A program made the position numbers and the translations under genes. From sequence record OQ357823.1: a stretch of DNA of 43,449 nt; one strand, 5' to 3'. Position 1 is the first letter of the stretch, and every line of letters starts with the position of its first letter. The notes beneath the pieces were generated by a model that had not been told where the DNA came from, did no database searches, and saw only the letters and a program-made list of their open reading frames with translations. Origin of the DNA: Escherichia phage CY1_Cui-2023. This document shows positions 40,964-43,449 of this stretch, piece by piece.

Positions 40964-41719
40964 ATGGCAAGTGTAAAGTTTGAAAACCAACTTCAATCAC
41001 TTTTCCCTGGTGAAGTGGTTACGCTTATTGAGGTTGATGGCAGCAAGTTCGGCGCAAGGGTTTACAGGTTTCATGGGGAGAATATCTCATACACGCCTGA
41101 AGAAATCATGCAAGCCCAGGCATCTGGTCAGCCACTACCAGCCAAGACAATTACATTTCGTGGCGAAGAGTATGGAGCCAGACCTTTCGGCATTAGCGGC
41201 ATCAACCTTACATCTGATGGAAAAGCAAACAAGCTCACGCTAACTTTATCAAACGTTGACCAGGCTGTTTCCTCGCTAATCCGTCAGTACAATGGCATGG
41301 TTCAGGCGAAGGTAACAATCTGGGTTACTATCAGGGATAATATCAATGATGATGGCAGCATTGCAGATGGCGATTATCGTAAGATGGTTTACTTTATTGA
41401 GCGTCCAAAGCAGGTTGACTACAAGACTGCCTCTTTTGAGTTATCTAGCCCAATTGATATGGATGGTATCTATATTCCAGCGAGGCTAGTCCAGTCAGTA
41501 TGTTACTTTGCTTCTCGTGGATGGTATCGCAGTGGCAACGGTTGCGATTATGCTGGGAATCGCTACTTCGACAAAGACAATAATCCGGTTGATGACCCTG
41601 GGTTAGATTTTTGCGCCGGAACTGTTGATTCCTGTAAGTTGAGGTTTGGTGAAAACAACCAGCTATCATTTGGGGGGTGTGCCTCCGCAAGTTTACAAGC
41701 TAAGAATAATCAGAACTAA
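40964..41719 (+). CDS. minor tail protein (lambda gpL-like) with C-terminal Cys cluster
   Basis: 251-aa ORF; C-terminal cysteines (CYFASRGW...GCDYAG...FCAGTVDSCKLRFG) as in the lambda L Fe-S domain. Confidence 0.7.
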   Translation: MASVKFENQLQSLFPGEVVTLIEVDGSKFGARVYRFHGENISYTPEEIMQAQASGQPLPAKTITFRGEEYGARPFGISGINLTSDGKANKLTLTLSNVDQAVSSLIRQYNGMVQAKVTIWVTIRDNINDDGSIADGDYRKMVYFIERPKQVDYKTASFELSSPIDMDGIYIPARLVQSVCYFASRGWYRSGNGCDYAGNRYFDKDNNPVDDPGLDFCAGTVDSCKLRFGENNQLSFGGCASASLQAKNNQN

Positions 41720-41790
41720 TAGCATTTTTGATAAATACAAACTGCCAGGGATGGTATATAGTTACTTTACACAAACGATAGGATACAGAA

Positions 41791-42000
41791 ATGAAAAGTA
41801 AATTTATTGAATGCGTAAGATCTAGCGAATACTGGAATTTGACTATTGGTGATATCTACACTTTAAATCTCGATGGAGATGAGTCAGAATTATTCATAAA
41901 AGATGACATGGGAACAAAGCTACACCTTGAATACCTTCCTGAGTCATCAATGCTAAGCTTAATTGCGGACCATGATTGTATTTTCACTCATATCGATTAA
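41791..42000 (+). CDS. hypothetical protein, 69 aa (moron-like insert between L and K)
   Basis: ORF with its own SD in a separate intergenic island between two otherwise adjacent tail genes. Confidence 0.45.
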   Translation: MKSKFIECVRSSEYWNLTIGDIYTLNLDGDESELFIKDDMGTKLHLEYLPESSMLSLIADHDCIFTHID

Positions 42001-42026
42001 AACAAAGCAAGATTAGTGTTAAACTA

Positions 42027-42052
42027 GGTCAATCGAGAGATTGGCCTTTTTT
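42027..42052 (+). terminator. hairpin plus T-run fused to SD (CCTTTTTTATTGGAGAC)
   Basis: GGTCAATC-GAGA-GATTGGCC followed by TTTTTT and GGAGAC before ATG 42065. Confidence 0.5.
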
Positions 42053-42064
42053 ATTGGAGACAAA

Positions 42065-42811
42065 ATGCTAACACCAAAAGTTAAATTAGAAATCATGCGC
42101 CACGCCAAAGAGGATTACCCTAATGAATGTTGCGGAGTAGTAACCCAAAAAGGTATGGCTCAGAAGTACCATCGAATCACTAACACATCTAAAGACCCTG
42201 AGAATGAATTCATTCTTGATGCCAGTGGGTACATGAAGATTAGCGATGAGGAGCGAGTTGTGTACATTGTCCACTCACACACTGGAGATGGGGCCACCAC
42301 CAGACCTAGTCCAGCAGATATATGCAGTTGCAATGAGTGCGAGATTCCTTATGTAATTGTTAGTTACCCTGAGGGTGATATGCGAATCCTTGAGCCAGAG
42401 GACATGCCGTTAGCAGGAAGGCCATGGGGTTTGGGTAGCTTTGATTGCTGGGGGTTGATTATGGCATTCCACGCAAAACACGGCGTCAAACTGGCTGACT
42501 ACCGCGTTAATTACCCGTGGTGGAACAAGGAGTATGGTGAAAATATATATGATGACAATTGGATTAATGAAGGATTTGAGCTACTAGAAACTGATGATAT
42601 TCCTGTTGGCTCCATGATTATGATGCAGATTCAAAGTGAGACCACGAATCACGCAGGAATCTATATTGGCGATAACAAATTCTTGCACCATCTTTACGGG
42701 AAGATGAGTAAAGTTGATACCTATAGTGATTATTGGCGCGAGCGTACGGTTCGCATTGTTCGCCACAAAGATTTACCAGAAGGAGCAAACTACAATGCAG
42801 AGACTGATTAA
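42065..42811 (+). CDS. tail assembly protein (lambda gpK-like; JAB/MPN plus NlpC/P60)
   Basis: JAMM-type HSHTGDGATTRPSPAD motif and downstream Cys/His segment (FDCWGLIMAFHAKHG); ATG 42065 has SD GGAGAC (track start 42041 is TTG). Confidence 0.8.
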   Translation: MLTPKVKLEIMRHAKEDYPNECCGVVTQKGMAQKYHRITNTSKDPENEFILDASGYMKISDEERVVYIVHSHTGDGATTRPSPADICSCNECEIPYVIVSYPEGDMRILEPEDMPLAGRPWGLGSFDCWGLIMAFHAKHGVKLADYRVNYPWWNKEYGENIYDDNWINEGFELLETDDIPVGSMIMMQIQSETTNHAGIYIGDNKFLHHLYGKMSKVDTYSDYWRERTVRIVRHKDLPEGANYNAETD

Positions 42812-43370
42812 AATTAAATTGGGCTTATCTCTTGGCAGGAAGTACGGAAAGATTCATGAACTTTGCGTTGAGTCAGTCCCTGAGGCGTTAAGGGCATTAT
42901 CTGTGAACATTCCAGCATTCAAAGAGTTTATGCAGAGCCATGTCGGGCAGAATACCAGGTTTGCAATCTTCGCGGACGGCAAGAACCTTAACGAACATCG
43001 CATTAAAGACTTTAAGGCCGTAAAGGAGATTCGCATCATGCCAATCCCTCAGGGCCGAAAGAGTGGTGGGCTGTTCCAGACTGTTTTGGGGGCCGCACTA
43101 ATTGGTGCTAGCTTCTTCTTTACTGGTGGTATTGCAACGGCTGTTCTTGGTGCTGGCATTTCACTTGCTGCTGGCGGTATTGCTCAGTTGCTTTCACCGC
43201 AGGCAACGGGACTTAGAAACCAGGAGTCCGCACAAAACAGGGCTTCATATGCATTTGGCTCTGCGGTTAACACCGTCGCGGCTGGTTATCCAGTCTGCCT
43301 ACCTTATGGCTACCGAAGCGTTGGCGGCTCTGTATTTAGCGCCGGCAGTTACGCTCAAGATATTGCATAA
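42795..43370 (+). CDS. tail assembly protein (lambda gpI-like)
   Basis: ATG 42795 with SD AAGGAG overlapping the end of the K-like gene; C-terminal Gly/Ala-rich hydrophobic segment typical of gpI. Confidence 0.7.
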   Translation: MQRLIKIKLGLSLGRKYGKIHELCVESVPEALRALSVNIPAFKEFMQSHVGQNTRFAIFADGKNLNEHRIKDFKAVKEIRIMPIPQGRKSGGLFQTVLGAALIGASFFFTGGIATAVLGAGISLAAGGIAQLLSPQATGLRNQESAQNRASYAFGSAVNTVAAGYPVCLPYGYRSVGGSVFSAGSYAQDIA

Positions 43371-43375
43371 ATCAA

Positions 43376-43399
43376 AGCCCGCCTAGTGCGGGTTTTTTA
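43376..43399 (+). terminator. intrinsic terminator after the I-like gene
   Basis: CCCGC-CTAGT-GCGGG hairpin followed by TTTTTT. Confidence 0.65.
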
Positions 43400-43449
43400 T
43401 TTAGTGTAGAATGGCACAAACAGTCGAAAACAAAACAGGATAATGTGAT

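Overview
The window reads as a near-complete, circularly permuted genome of a T1-like (Drexlerviridae-type) enterobacterial siphovirus. All calls come from reading the sequence and the ORF track; no database search was run. It opens with the lambda J-like central tail fiber gene (1-3387) and closes with the rest of the tail module (tape measure, M, L, K, I; 37571-43370), so the two window ends are probably adjacent in the phage. In between lie: a leftward lipoprotein/Rha module (3416-5683); an exonuclease-Erf-SSB recombination block (6314-8661); a leftward tail fiber-primase-HTH block (8691-11719); helicase, VRR-NUC and small ORFs (11816-15344); a metallophosphoesterase-HAD phosphatase-dNMP kinase trio (15426-17789); a T1-type lysis cassette (18150-19233); a leftward accessory block with a 527-aa P-loop protein (19245-22572); a second accessory block with a truncated paralog of that protein, small ORFs and tRNA-Arg(CCU) (23247-26176); and the packaging/head/tail late region with two HNH endonucleases and a G/GT frameshift chaperone (26299-37533). 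The most striking non-coding signal is about 15 copies of a dyad TAGCA-N5-TG(C/T)TA placed about 30 bp upstream of a -10-like hexamer and followed by a conserved ATCGAAAC-type leader, which looks like a phage-wide regulon. Also notable are two divergent AT-rich control regions with (TA)n/(ATT)n microsatellites, GTAAC clusters and a TTGCA iteron-like array, and hairpin terminators fused to Shine-Dalgarno sites in the late region.
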